Positions 45,751-54,198 of a stretch of DNA of 55,254 nucleotides are shown one piece after another. The DNA is taken from contig JBMFOQ010000001.1 in NCBI GenBank assembly GCA_049969555.1, positions 1 through 55,254 of the forward strand, given 5' to 3'. The notes beneath the pieces are model-generated. The model did no database searches and was not told where the DNA came from. It was given only the letters and a program-made list of their open reading frames with translations. Numbering within the stretch: position 1 is the stretch's first letter; each line of letters opens with the position of its first letter. The translations under genes and the position numbers were made by a program. Source of the stretch: Minisyncoccia bacterium. GTDB taxonomy: Bacteria > Patescibacteriota > Minisyncoccia > UBA6257.

Positions 45751-45770
45751 AAAAATATTAAAATATAAAT

Positions 45771-45974
45771 TTATTTTTCCTTAAATTCAATGGCTCCCAT
45801 AGGACAGTTTTGCTCTGCCTGAATAATGCAATCTTTATTTTTTTCTATTTTAGCATCCTTTTTTACCGAAGAACGGCCGTTTTTCAATTCAAAAACCTCG
45901 GGGCATAAATTAACACACATTCCACAACCAATACATTTTTGAGTATTTACTTTTAAAGCCAATTTTGTAGTCAT
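45771..45974 (-). CDS. Small 4Fe-4S ferredoxin
   Basis: 67 aa with CIGCGMCVNLCP and a distal CP (NCPMGAI). Confidence 0.8.
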   Translation of the reverse strand: MTTKLALKVNTQKCIGCGMCVNLCPEVFELKNGRSSVKKDAKIEKNKDCIIQAEQNCPMGAIEFKEK

Positions 45975-46014
45975 CTTAAAAAATTAATATTTGAAATTTA
46001 TATTTTTAGGAGTT

Positions 46015-46617
46015 TTATTCTAAAATACCATCTAAATTAACATCATAAAGAATTGCCTCGCCAACCAAACGATATTTTATCAATTCCTCTTCTTTAAACC
46101 AAACAGCAATTTCTTTTTCTGCCTCCCAAGTAGAAGAAGAAGCATGAATCAAGTTTCTGACTGCCCGATTATCTATATCCGCCACCTCATAGCAATCAAT
46201 TGTTAAATCGCCTCTAATCGTTCCCACATCAGAAGTTAAAGGTTCGGTTGCACCAGTTATTTTCCGAATAATATTAACCGCATTCATCCCCTGCCAAACC
46301 ATCGCAATTACTGGACCTGAAGTTAAATACCTTTTTAAATTATTTAAAACTCTTTCTCCTAATTCCTCAGGATTTTCATTTGGAGGATTAAGTCCTTTCA
46401 TTTTATAAGAATTTAAAGATTTCTCTCCGGTTTTTCTTTTCCAATCAGGATCAACGGTATAATGCCTTTCTACTAATTCCTCTGTTGGAACCAACATTTT
46501 TAAAGCAATTAGTTTCAAACCAGTCCTTTCATATCTTTTTATTATCTCTCCAATTAGCCCCCTTTGAATACCATCTGGCTTAATTAAAACCAAAGTTTTT
46601 TCTTGCTTAAAATCCAT
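46015..46617 (-). CDS. ndk: Nucleoside diphosphate kinase, long form with insertions
   Basis: LVLIKPDG, SGPVIAMVWQG, TIRGD and NLIHASSS (active-site His) motifs. 200 aa against about 140-150 typical. Confidence 0.85.
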   Translation of the reverse strand: MDFKQEKTLVLIKPDGIQRGLIGEIIKRYERTGLKLIALKMLVPTEELVERHYTVDPDWKRKTGEKSLNSYKMKGLNPPNENPEELGERVLNNLKRYLTSGPVIAMVWQGMNAVNIIRKITGATEPLTSDVGTIRGDLTIDCYEVADIDNRAVRNLIHASSSTWEAEKEIAVWFKEEELIKYRLVGEAILYDVNLDGILE

Positions 46618-46670
46618 AATAATTTAGAAATTAAAAATTATAAATTAAGAACTAAAGAATATAAGAAAGG

Positions 46671-48083
46671 CTAATTATTAATTGTTTTCAAATGGAGTTC
46701 TTTTAATTGTTTTTCCTCAATTTCTGAGGGCGCATTCATCATTAAATCCCGACCATCACCAGTTTTTGGAAAAGCAATTACTTCGCGAATTGAGGATTCA
46801 TTTCTTAAAATCATCATTATTCTATCAAGGCCCAAAGCAATTCCGCCATGAGGAGGAACACCATAAGAAAATGCTTCAAGCAAATGACCAAATTTTCGTT
46901 CGATTGATTCTTTGGTATGCCCTAAAATTTCAAAAACTGCTTGAAGCAGCTCTGGTTCACTAATCCTTAAAGAACCACCCCCAACTTCATATCCATTTAA
47001 AACTAAATCGTATTGATGAGCAAAAATATTTTGGGTATCTTTTTTCATTCGTTCTATTAATTGAGGAATTGTTTCTTCTTCTAAAAATTTAGGCCGAGTA
47101 AAAGGATGATGAACTGCATCCCAACGGTTTTCTGTTTCTTTCCATTCAAATAAGGGAAAGTTTACTACAAAAGCAAAAGCCAGTTCATTGGGATCATTTT
47201 TATCGTTTCTTAAATCAGGTTTATCAGAATTATATTTTTTCATTACCTCTCTATAATCAAGCCGCGGAAAAGGAAACTCTTTTATCTTTTTTTCGGGAAA
47301 AAGTTTTTCTATTAACTCTTGAAACATTGCCTCAATTAAAGTCAAAATATCTTCTTCTTGAGGAAAATCCATTTCTAAATCAAGTTGAGTGAATTCTGGC
47401 TGCCTGTCTCCCCTTGTGTCTTCATCGCGAAAACATTTGGCAATTTGAAAATATCTCTCTAATCCGGCAACCATCAAAAGTTGTTTATATTGTTGGGGGC
47501 TCTGGGGTAAAGCGTAAAACTTTCCCGGCTCTAATCTAGAAGGCACCACATAATCACGAGCCCCTTCCGGAGTTGATTTTGTTAAATTAGGAGTTTCGAT
47601 TTCAATAAATCCTTTTTCTGACAAAAAATCTCGAATAAACTTTGTTACTTTAAAACGAGAAATTATATTTTCCTTTAATCTTTCTCGCCGCAAATCAAGA
47701 TAACGATATTTTAATCTTAACTCCTCGCCTATTTCTTTCCCATCAGTTGATAAATCAAAAGGCGGAGTTTTCGCCTGAGATAAAATTTTTAAATCAGTCA
47801 CTTCAACTTCAATCTCGCCAGTTAAAATTTTAGGGTTAATCATTTCTTTTGGTCTTTTTAAAACCTTGCCTTTTATTTCTATCACCCATTCTGGTCTTAA
47901 TTTTTGAGCATTCTCATAAATCTCTTTGTTTAAAGGCGTAAAAACCACTTGAATAATACCGGTTCTATCTCTTAAATCAATAAAAATTATCTTTCCGTGG
48001 TCGCGGCGAGAATCTACCCAACCAAAAAGTTGAATTTCTTTATTTAAATAATTAACTGCCTCTTTTATCCATAAACGTTCCAT
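46671..48083 (-). CDS. aspS: Aspartyl-tRNA synthetase, bacterial-type core lacking the GAD insertion domain
   Basis: QSPQQYKQLLMVAGLERYFQIAKCFRDEDTRGDRQPEFTQLDLEM and GGIALGLDR motifs. SDKPDLRN is followed after about 12 aa by FVVNFPLFEW. Confidence 0.9.
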   Translation of the reverse strand: MERLWIKEAVNYLNKEIQLFGWVDSRRDHGKIIFIDLRDRTGIIQVVFTPLNKEIYENAQKLRPEWVIEIKGKVLKRPKEMINPKILTGEIEVEVTDLKILSQAKTPPFDLSTDGKEIGEELRLKYRYLDLRRERLKENIISRFKVTKFIRDFLSEKGFIEIETPNLTKSTPEGARDYVVPSRLEPGKFYALPQSPQQYKQLLMVAGLERYFQIAKCFRDEDTRGDRQPEFTQLDLEMDFPQEEDILTLIEAMFQELIEKLFPEKKIKEFPFPRLDYREVMKKYNSDKPDLRNDKNDPNELAFAFVVNFPLFEWKETENRWDAVHHPFTRPKFLEEETIPQLIERMKKDTQNIFAHQYDLVLNGYEVGGGSLRISEPELLQAVFEILGHTKESIERKFGHLLEAFSYGVPPHGGIALGLDRIMMILRNESSIREVIAFPKTGDGRDLMMNAPSEIEEKQLKELHLKTINN

Positions 48084-48117
48084 CGAAATAAAAAATTAAA
48101 TTTTAATATATTTTATC

Positions 48118-48960
48118 TTATTTTAGGGAATAAATCAAATTATTGCCTTTGATAGTAAAAACTACTGAACCGTCTAAATCGGTTCGAAAAATGGTTGCTC
48201 CGGCTTCTTTTAGCCTTTCAATTGCTTCTTGATGAGGGTGACCATAATTATTAATACCAGTTTCAATCACCGCGAAACGGGGCTTAATAAAATTCAAAAA
48301 TTCTTTACTTGAGGAACTTTTTGAACCGTGATGAGCAACTTTTAAAACCTCAATTTTTGAAACTAAATTTTTTAAAATTGGCTTTAATTGATTTTCTAAA
48401 TATTGATCAATATCACCAGTAAAAAGAAAATGAAAACCCTCAAATGAATAAAGGGCAATTAAAGAACTCTGGCTGGTTGATTTTTGTTTTAAATTATTGG
48501 TAGAAAAAACTAAAAGATTATTATTGCCTTCATAACTAATTTTTAAAGCTTTTAACGGAAGAATAACTAAAATTTTCTTTTGCTTAACTAATTTTAAAAA
48601 TTCTTGAAAAAGAGTATTTGTGTCTTTTAAATCTTTTAAAACTACTAACCTTATTTTATAGCGATTTAAAATATCAAAAATTCCCAAAAAATGGTCTCTA
48701 TCGGGATGAGATAAAATAAAAATATCAATTGTTTTTTCAAAAAATGGCAAAACATTTTGAATTTCTTGAACCACTCTTTTTGATCCAGCATCAATTAAAA
48801 TATTTCCTGCCTTAGTAATAATTATTTCGCTGTCTGCTTGGCCAACATTTAAAAAAGCCACCTTTTCTTTTAAAATTAGACGTTCAAATATAATCCCCCA
48901 AGAAAAGATATTTAAAACAAGAAAAACAACTATCAAATATATTAAATTTTTATTGCTCAT
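48118..48960 (-). CDS. Metallo-beta-lactamase-fold protein corresponding to the ComEC C-terminal domain
   Basis: N-terminal TM helix, VGQADS, SHPDRDH, and KVAHHGS. There is a TAATG overlap with the comEC stop. Confidence 0.75.
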   Translation of the reverse strand: MSNKNLIYLIVVFLVLNIFSWGIIFERLILKEKVAFLNVGQADSEIIITKAGNILIDAGSKRVVQEIQNVLPFFEKTIDIFILSHPDRDHFLGIFDILNRYKIRLVVLKDLKDTNTLFQEFLKLVKQKKILVILPLKALKISYEGNNNLLVFSTNNLKQKSTSQSSLIALYSFEGFHFLFTGDIDQYLENQLKPILKNLVSKIEVLKVAHHGSKSSSSKEFLNFIKPRFAVIETGINNYGHPHQEAIERLKEAGATIFRTDLDGSVVFTIKGNNLIYSLK

Positions 48961-50417
48961 TAAATATTTTCTTTAATAAATAACTGTTCTTTTTTATATT
49001 TAAGATAATAGAAAATCAAAAAAATGTAAAATAAAAGAAATATAGGCCGAATTTTAAATGGAAAAGAAATGATAAAGAATTTTAAAGAACTAAACATTCT
49101 AACAATTATTAGAATATAAGTTAAACAAAAATTCAATAACCAACCAAAAAATAAAGCAGGAAAATAGAAAAAATTAAAAAGTATTAAAATCAAAGCAAGA
49201 ATTAAAACATAAGGAATAAAGGGAACAACTAAAGTATTGCTTATTAAAGATAAGACAGAAATGTTGCCGGTTTTAAAAATTAGCCAAGGATAAACAAAAA
49301 TCAAGGCTGATAAACTACTAAAAAAGGCTTCTTGAAAATTTCTTAAAAATTTAAAAGAACTCTGGTTTAAAAAATAAGTTTTTCTAAAAATCGGAGTTAG
49401 AAGAATTATCCCCAAGGTTGCTAAAAATGAAAGTTGAAAACCAAAATCATAAATTAAAATAAAGGGATTTGAAAAAGTCATAATCAAAGCAGTAAAAATC
49501 AAGGCGTTTAAGGGGTGATAAAGTCTAAAATTTAATTCTGCGAAAACCAAAAGCAAAGCCATTATTAAAGCGCGAGTAATTGAAGGAGTAAAACCACTTA
49601 AAAGGGCAAAAAATAAAAGCAAAGATAATAAAATTAATGCCCTAATAAACCTGTTTAAAGAAAAATTGTTTAAAAAATCAACAATTATTTCGGTTAAAAT
49701 TACTAAATGCAATCCAGAAACCGCTACTAAATGAGATAAGCCACTTAAATTAAGTTCTTCTTCAAGGTCTTTATTTAAATTTCCTTTTTTCCCGAAAACC
49801 AAACTGGTTAAAAGGCTTGATTGGGGCTGTAAAAGGTAATTATTAAAGATGTTTTTTATTTTATTTTTTAAGATAGAGAAAAAAACTAAAAATTTATTTG
49901 TTTGAATTTTTGAAATGAAAGGATAATTAATCTTAAAAAAAATAAACAATCCATTGGCATAATAGGGATTAGTAATTTTTTCAAATTTTCCTTTATTAAC
50001 TTTAATAATTTCTCCTTTAAAATAGGCCGGTTTTAAATCAGTATAAATTATTCCCCCAAAAAGAGTTTTTAAACCATAAACTTTAACAGTAAGTTTTTGA
50101 TAATTTTCCAATTCCTCGCTTAAAACAACTTCAAAAGAAATATCTTGTAGTTTGCTTATTTCAATTGGGTAATTAATGAAATTTAAAGCTTTTTTATATC
50201 TTAAAAAACCAAAAATTAAAGAAAAAATAATAAAGAAAATAACAGCCAAGGGGATTCTTTTTCTAAAGAAAATAAAAAGAAAAACAAAAATTAAAAAAAG
50301 AATGAGAAAAACAAGAAAAAGAACCTTAAAAGTGAAAACATAACTTAAAATTATTCCAAATAAAAAAGCCACCCCACTTAAGCGAAATATTTTCGCTTTA
50401 GAGTAGCTTTTATTCAT
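48960..50417 (-). CDS. comEC: ComEC/Rec2 DNA-uptake channel (OB/DUF4131 + competence domains, no MBL domain)
   Basis: 485 aa, multi-pass, with LSGLSHLVAVSGLHL and FQLSFLATLGI motifs. Confidence 0.8.
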   Translation of the reverse strand: MNKSYSKAKIFRLSGVAFLFGIILSYVFTFKVLFLVFLILFLIFVFLFIFFRKRIPLAVIFFIIFSLIFGFLRYKKALNFINYPIEISKLQDISFEVVLSEELENYQKLTVKVYGLKTLFGGIIYTDLKPAYFKGEIIKVNKGKFEKITNPYYANGLFIFFKINYPFISKIQTNKFLVFFSILKNKIKNIFNNYLLQPQSSLLTSLVFGKKGNLNKDLEEELNLSGLSHLVAVSGLHLVILTEIIVDFLNNFSLNRFIRALILLSLLLFFALLSGFTPSITRALIMALLLVFAELNFRLYHPLNALIFTALIMTFSNPFILIYDFGFQLSFLATLGIILLTPIFRKTYFLNQSSFKFLRNFQEAFFSSLSALIFVYPWLIFKTGNISVLSLISNTLVVPFIPYVLILALILILFNFFYFPALFFGWLLNFCLTYILIIVRMFSSLKFFIISFPFKIRPIFLLFYIFLIFYYLKYKKEQLFIKENI

Positions 50418-51113
50418 TTATCTTAAAGCGCAGATTTTAAAAAATGGCTTAATTTTTTCTATTAGTTGACGGATTTTCTCTTCTTTTAAGGGTTTTAATT
50501 CTTTATAAGTATAATCTAAAGTTTTAAAATTATGAAACTGTTGAAGATAATAAGCCTTGGCTCCCTTAATCATCTGACTAATTTTTAAAATATCATCCTC
50601 AGTTAAATTTAAAGGGTCAAGAGTGGTGCGAAACTCATAGTCAATTTTAGAATTCATCAAAATTTTAATTGATTTTTTTATTGCGGGAGTAAAATCTATA
50701 CCTTTGGTATAAAGATGATATTTTTTAAGCGGCGCTTTAATATCCATTGCCACATAATCAACCAGTTTTTCGGTAATTAGTTCTTTTAAAACTATCGGGT
50801 TAGAACCATTGGTATCAAGTTTAACTAAATAACCGAATTTTTTAACTTTTTTAATAAAATTCTTTAAATCTTTTTGAAGAGTTGGTTCACCACCAGTAAT
50901 ACATAATCCTTGTAAAAAATCTTTTCTTTCTTTTAAAAAATCCAATACCTTTTGTTCTGAAATTTTTGGTTGGTTTTTTATAAGATTTTGGTCTACTAAT
51001 TCTGGATTGTGGCAAAATGGACAATAAAAATTGCAACCAATAGTAAAAACAGTCGCGGCTATTTTTTTTGGATAATCAACTAAAGTAATTCTTTGTAATC
51101 CGCCAAACAACAT
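50418..51113 (-). CDS. nrdG: Anaerobic ribonucleotide reductase activating protein (radical SAM)
   Basis: GCNFYCPFCHNP (CxxxCxxC) and ITGGEPT motifs. There is a TAATG overlap with nrdD. Confidence 0.85.
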   Translation of the reverse strand: MLFGGLQRITLVDYPKKIAATVFTIGCNFYCPFCHNPELVDQNLIKNQPKISEQKVLDFLKERKDFLQGLCITGGEPTLQKDLKNFIKKVKKFGYLVKLDTNGSNPIVLKELITEKLVDYVAMDIKAPLKKYHLYTKGIDFTPAIKKSIKILMNSKIDYEFRTTLDPLNLTEDDILKISQMIKGAKAYYLQQFHNFKTLDYTYKELKPLKEEKIRQLIEKIKPFFKICALR

Positions 51114-54100
51114 TAAATTTTAAAAGTTTTTCTTAATCTAAATTCTTCTTGTTTACCAAAATGCCATTGTTGCACTGGCCGTAAATAACCAACGATTCGC
51201 GAATAAACCTCGCAAGGTTGCTCAACTAAACACTTTGGACAAGTAAAATGCTCTCCCGGAATATAGCCATGAATTGGGCAGACAGAAAAAGTTGGAGAAA
51301 GAGTAAAATATGGCAGTTTAAATTTTTCAAAAATTGTTTTAATTAAGGATTTGACAGTTTCTGTATCAGAAACCGCCTCACCCAAAAAGGCATGAAACAC
51401 AGTTCCTCCAGTATACTTTATTTGCAATTCATCTTGAAGCTTTAAAGCTTCAAATAAATCGTCGGTATAATCAATTGGTAATTGGGTAGAGTTAGTATAA
51501 AATGGTTGTTTTTCGCCGCTCGTGATAATGTCTGGATATTCCTTTTTATCAATTAAAGCTAATCGATAGGAGGTTCCTTCTGCCGGAGTTGCTTCTAAAT
51601 TATATAAATTCCCTGTTTCTTCCTGATATTTTATCAATCTTTCTCTCATAAAATCTAAAACTTCTAAAGCAAACTCTCTTCCTTTTTTATCGGCGATATT
51701 TACTCCCATAAAATTAAGCAAAGCTTCATTCATCCCAATAATTCCAATTGTAGCAAAATGATTACCCCAATAACCGCCTCGCATCTTTTGTACATTTGAC
51801 AAATAAAACCTACTATAAGGATATAGTCCTTTTTCAGTCCATTTCTCTAGAACCTTTCTTTTTATCTCTAAACTTGTTTTGGCTAAATCCATTAGTTGAG
51901 CCAATCTTTCAAAGAATTCTTTTTTAGTTTTCGAGAGATAACCTATTCGGGGCAAATTAATAGTCACAACGCCAATACTGCCAGTTAAAGGATTAGCGCC
52001 AAAAAGGCCTCCTCCTCTTTTATAAAGCTCGCGATTATCCAAACGAAGCCGACAACACATAGAACGAGCATCTTCTGGTTTCATATCAGAGTTTATAAAA
52101 TTCGAAAAATAAGGAATGCCATATTTAGCAGTCATTTGCCAAATTCCCTCATAAAAATTATTATCCCATTCAAAATCTTTGGTAATGTTGTAGGTTGGAA
52201 TAGGAAAGGTAAAAACCCTGCCAGTAGAATCTCCCTCAACATAAACCTCAGTCAAGGCCTGATTAAAAATATCCATTTCTTTCTGAAATTCTTTGTAAGT
52301 TTCTTTTTGGGGCTGGCCGCCAATAATTACCGGCATTTCTTTTAAATGTTCCGGTACCTTCAAATCCAAAGTTATATTTTCGAAAGGCGTATTTCCAGTA
52401 ATAAAAACTTTACCATTTCTTCTAGCGATTACTGTTTCGTTTTCTGTATGAACAGACCAAATAAAGCCTTTATAATTTACTTTCCCTATTTTACTAATAT
52501 AAGTCTCTGGATGTTTTATTATTCTTAAAATATAGATCTCTTCTTTTCCAACAGTTGGCTTTCTTTTTAAAACTGTAAACCCGTAGCCAGCATAAACACA
52601 TATTCTTTCTAATCCATTTAAAAGCTCAATCTCGTTAGGAAATATTTTACAACCTTCAAAACCATCTGCTTTTGCTTTAAGATAGGTTTCTAAAAAAAGT
52701 CTTGATTGTCTTTGGCTTAAATTTAGTAAGATCTCAGGAATAAAATGCACTCTTTCTTTGGTGTTAAACCAACGATGAATTACTTCAGAGCTTTTGGCGT
52801 CTAATCTTAATTGTGAAACCTCTTCCTCTAAAGCAGCAACTTTATATTCTGAATATTTTAATTTAAAGTGTTTTAAAAGATTAATTATTTCTTCATAATT
52901 TTTTCTGTTTTTAGTTGGTGATTGATAAATAGAAATCCGATAAGAAGGGTGATATTTACCAGACAATTCCACATCTCCTTTAGCAATAATCCAAGCCATT
53001 AATTTAATTTGACTATCCGTAATAAAAGCATCGGGGTTTTTATTCAACCCTGCTAAAGGAATTATAAATGGAGATTTAAACTTTAATATATCCTCGATAG
53101 GCTCTAAGCAATATTCTTTTGTGTCAACTCTTCGTCTAACTACTCGATGGCGGGGAGAAATTAGTTGGTCTTGAATTCTATTTTTTAAGCGGTACATTAT
53201 CCCTTGATAATATTTTTTAAAAACATAATCCACCTTCTTCACTTCTAGAGTTTTATTTTTAATGTTAAAAGTGATAATTTTATTTCCTTTTTCTACCTCT
53301 TTGTAATTCTTCCAGCCTTCAGATGTTAATATCTCTGTATCCTCTGATAAACACTGAAAACCCACTCTTGTTGGGACATTACAGTTAAACAAAAATTCTT
53401 GAAAGGCTTGTTTAATTTCCCGATATGATAAATTATCGTATCTTATAAAGGGTGCTAAAAGAGTATCAAAATTAGAAAATGCTTGAGCACCTGCTGATTC
53501 TCCTTGCAAAGTGTAAAAGAAATTTACTACTTGACCTAAAGCAGTACGAAAATGTTTTGGCGGCTTTGATTGAATTTTGCCAAAAACTCCACCAAAGCCT
53601 TTTAAAAGCAAATCATATAAATCCCAGCCGCAACAATAAGCACCTAAAATATCCAAATTATGAACATGGAAATCTCCATTTTCACTTGCTTTTCTTACTT
53701 CTGGAGGATAAATTTTGTTTAACCAATATTTTTTAGCAATATGGGCAGAAACATAATGGTTTAACCCCTGAAGGGAAAAAGCCATATTGCTGTTTTCTTT
53801 TACTTCCCAGTTATTTTCTTCAAAATACTCATCTACTAAACTAACTGCTTCTTTTAAGGTTATTCTTGCTTCGCGAGACAACCTTCTTTGTTCTCGATAT
53901 AAAATATAGGCTTTAGCAGTTTCAACTAAATTCTCCAAAATTAAGACTTCCTCAACAACATCTTGAATTTGCTCTACATTGGGAATTTCTCCTTTTTTGA
54001 AGCGCCGATTTAAAAGTTTGGTAACTTTTAAAGATAATTCTTTAGCTAATTGACGACCGCCTTCTTCAGAAACAGTTAAGGCTTTCAAAATCGCTTCTTC

Positions 54101-54187
54101 TATTTTTTTTCTATCAAAATCAACTATTTCTCCTTCTCTTTTTTGAATTTTATCAATATGGTTTTTAAACCTTTTTAAATTTATCAT
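51113..54187 (-). CDS. nrdD: Anaerobic (class III) ribonucleoside-triphosphate reductase, intein-containing
   Basis: An N-terminal ATP-cone (KREGEIVDFDRKKIEEAI), the C-terminal zinc ribbon CPIHG...CPKC and the glycyl-radical motif SRIVGYLRP. The extein is 703 aa after removing residues 279-599. Confidence 0.9.
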   Translation of the reverse strand: MINLKRFKNHIDKIQKREGEIVDFDRKKIEEAILKALTVSEEGGRQLAKELSLKVTKLLNRRFKKGEIPNVEQIQDVVEEVLILENLVETAKAYILYREQRRLSREARITLKEAVSLVDEYFEENNWEVKENSNMAFSLQGLNHYVSAHIAKKYWLNKIYPPEVRKASENGDFHVHNLDILGAYCCGWDLYDLLLKGFGGVFGKIQSKPPKHFRTALGQVVNFFYTLQGESAGAQAFSNFDTLLAPFIRYDNLSYREIKQAFQEFLFNCNVPTRVGFQCLSEDTEILTSEGWKNYKEVEKGNKIITFNIKNKTLEVKKVDYVFKKYYQGIMYRLKNRIQDQLISPRHRVVRRRVDTKEYCLEPIEDILKFKSPFIIPLAGLNKNPDAFITDSQIKLMAWIIAKGDVELSGKYHPSYRISIYQSPTKNRKNYEEIINLLKHFKLKYSEYKVAALEEEVSQLRLDAKSSEVIHRWFNTKERVHFIPEILLNLSQRQSRLFLETYLKAKADGFEGCKIFPNEIELLNGLERICVYAGYGFTVLKRKPTVGKEEIYILRIIKHPETYISKIGKVNYKGFIWSVHTENETVIARRNGKVFITGNTPFENITLDLKVPEHLKEMPVIIGGQPQKETYKEFQKEMDIFNQALTEVYVEGDSTGRVFTFPIPTYNITKDFEWDNNFYEGIWQMTAKYGIPYFSNFINSDMKPEDARSMCCRLRLDNRELYKRGGGLFGANPLTGSIGVVTINLPRIGYLSKTKKEFFERLAQLMDLAKTSLEIKRKVLEKWTEKGLYPYSRFYLSNVQKMRGGYWGNHFATIGIIGMNEALLNFMGVNIADKKGREFALEVLDFMRERLIKYQEETGNLYNLEATPAEGTSYRLALIDKKEYPDIITSGEKQPFYTNSTQLPIDYTDDLFEALKLQDELQIKYTGGTVFHAFLGEAVSDTETVKSLIKTIFEKFKLPYFTLSPTFSVCPIHGYIPGEHFTCPKCLVEQPCEVYSRIVGYLRPVQQWHFGKQEEFRLRKTFKI
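52391..53353 (-). mobile_element. Intein with LAGLIDADG-type homing-endonuclease region inside nrdD
   Basis: It begins with Cys279 (CLSEDTEILT, block A) and contains ISPRHRVV (block B-like). MAWIIAKGD and FLETYLKAKADGFEG are LAGLIDADG-like. GFIWSVHTENETVIA and KVFITGN follow, with Thr600 as the +1 residue. Codons were checked on the sequence (tgt at 53351-53, aat at 52391-93, acg at 52388-90). Confidence 0.8.
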
Positions 54188-54198
54188 ATATTTAAAAT

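Noticed and set aside
45449-45761. ORFs 45449-45736 (-) and 45558-45761 (+).
   Set aside because: Both run through tRNA-Pro and the GC-rich structured spacer. The Arg/Pro/Gly-rich translations are unlike any other protein in this AT-rich window.
2469-53736. All plus-strand track ORFs of 60-121 aa: 2469-2663, 5519-5701, 6370-6573, 9107-9289, 11101-11377, 13504-13758, 16268-16633, 18657-18842, 19055-19306, 20328-20630, 21726-21908, 22406-22636, 23088-23360, 32661-32849, 38381-38566, 39639-40098, 40200-40424, 42553-42861, 44583-44813, 46682-46963, 52136-52528 and 53479-53736.
   Set aside because: Each lies entirely antisense to a well-supported minus-strand gene. They have F/L/S/I-rich low-complexity composition, which is expected from the reverse complement of AT-rich coding DNA, and no recognisable motifs.
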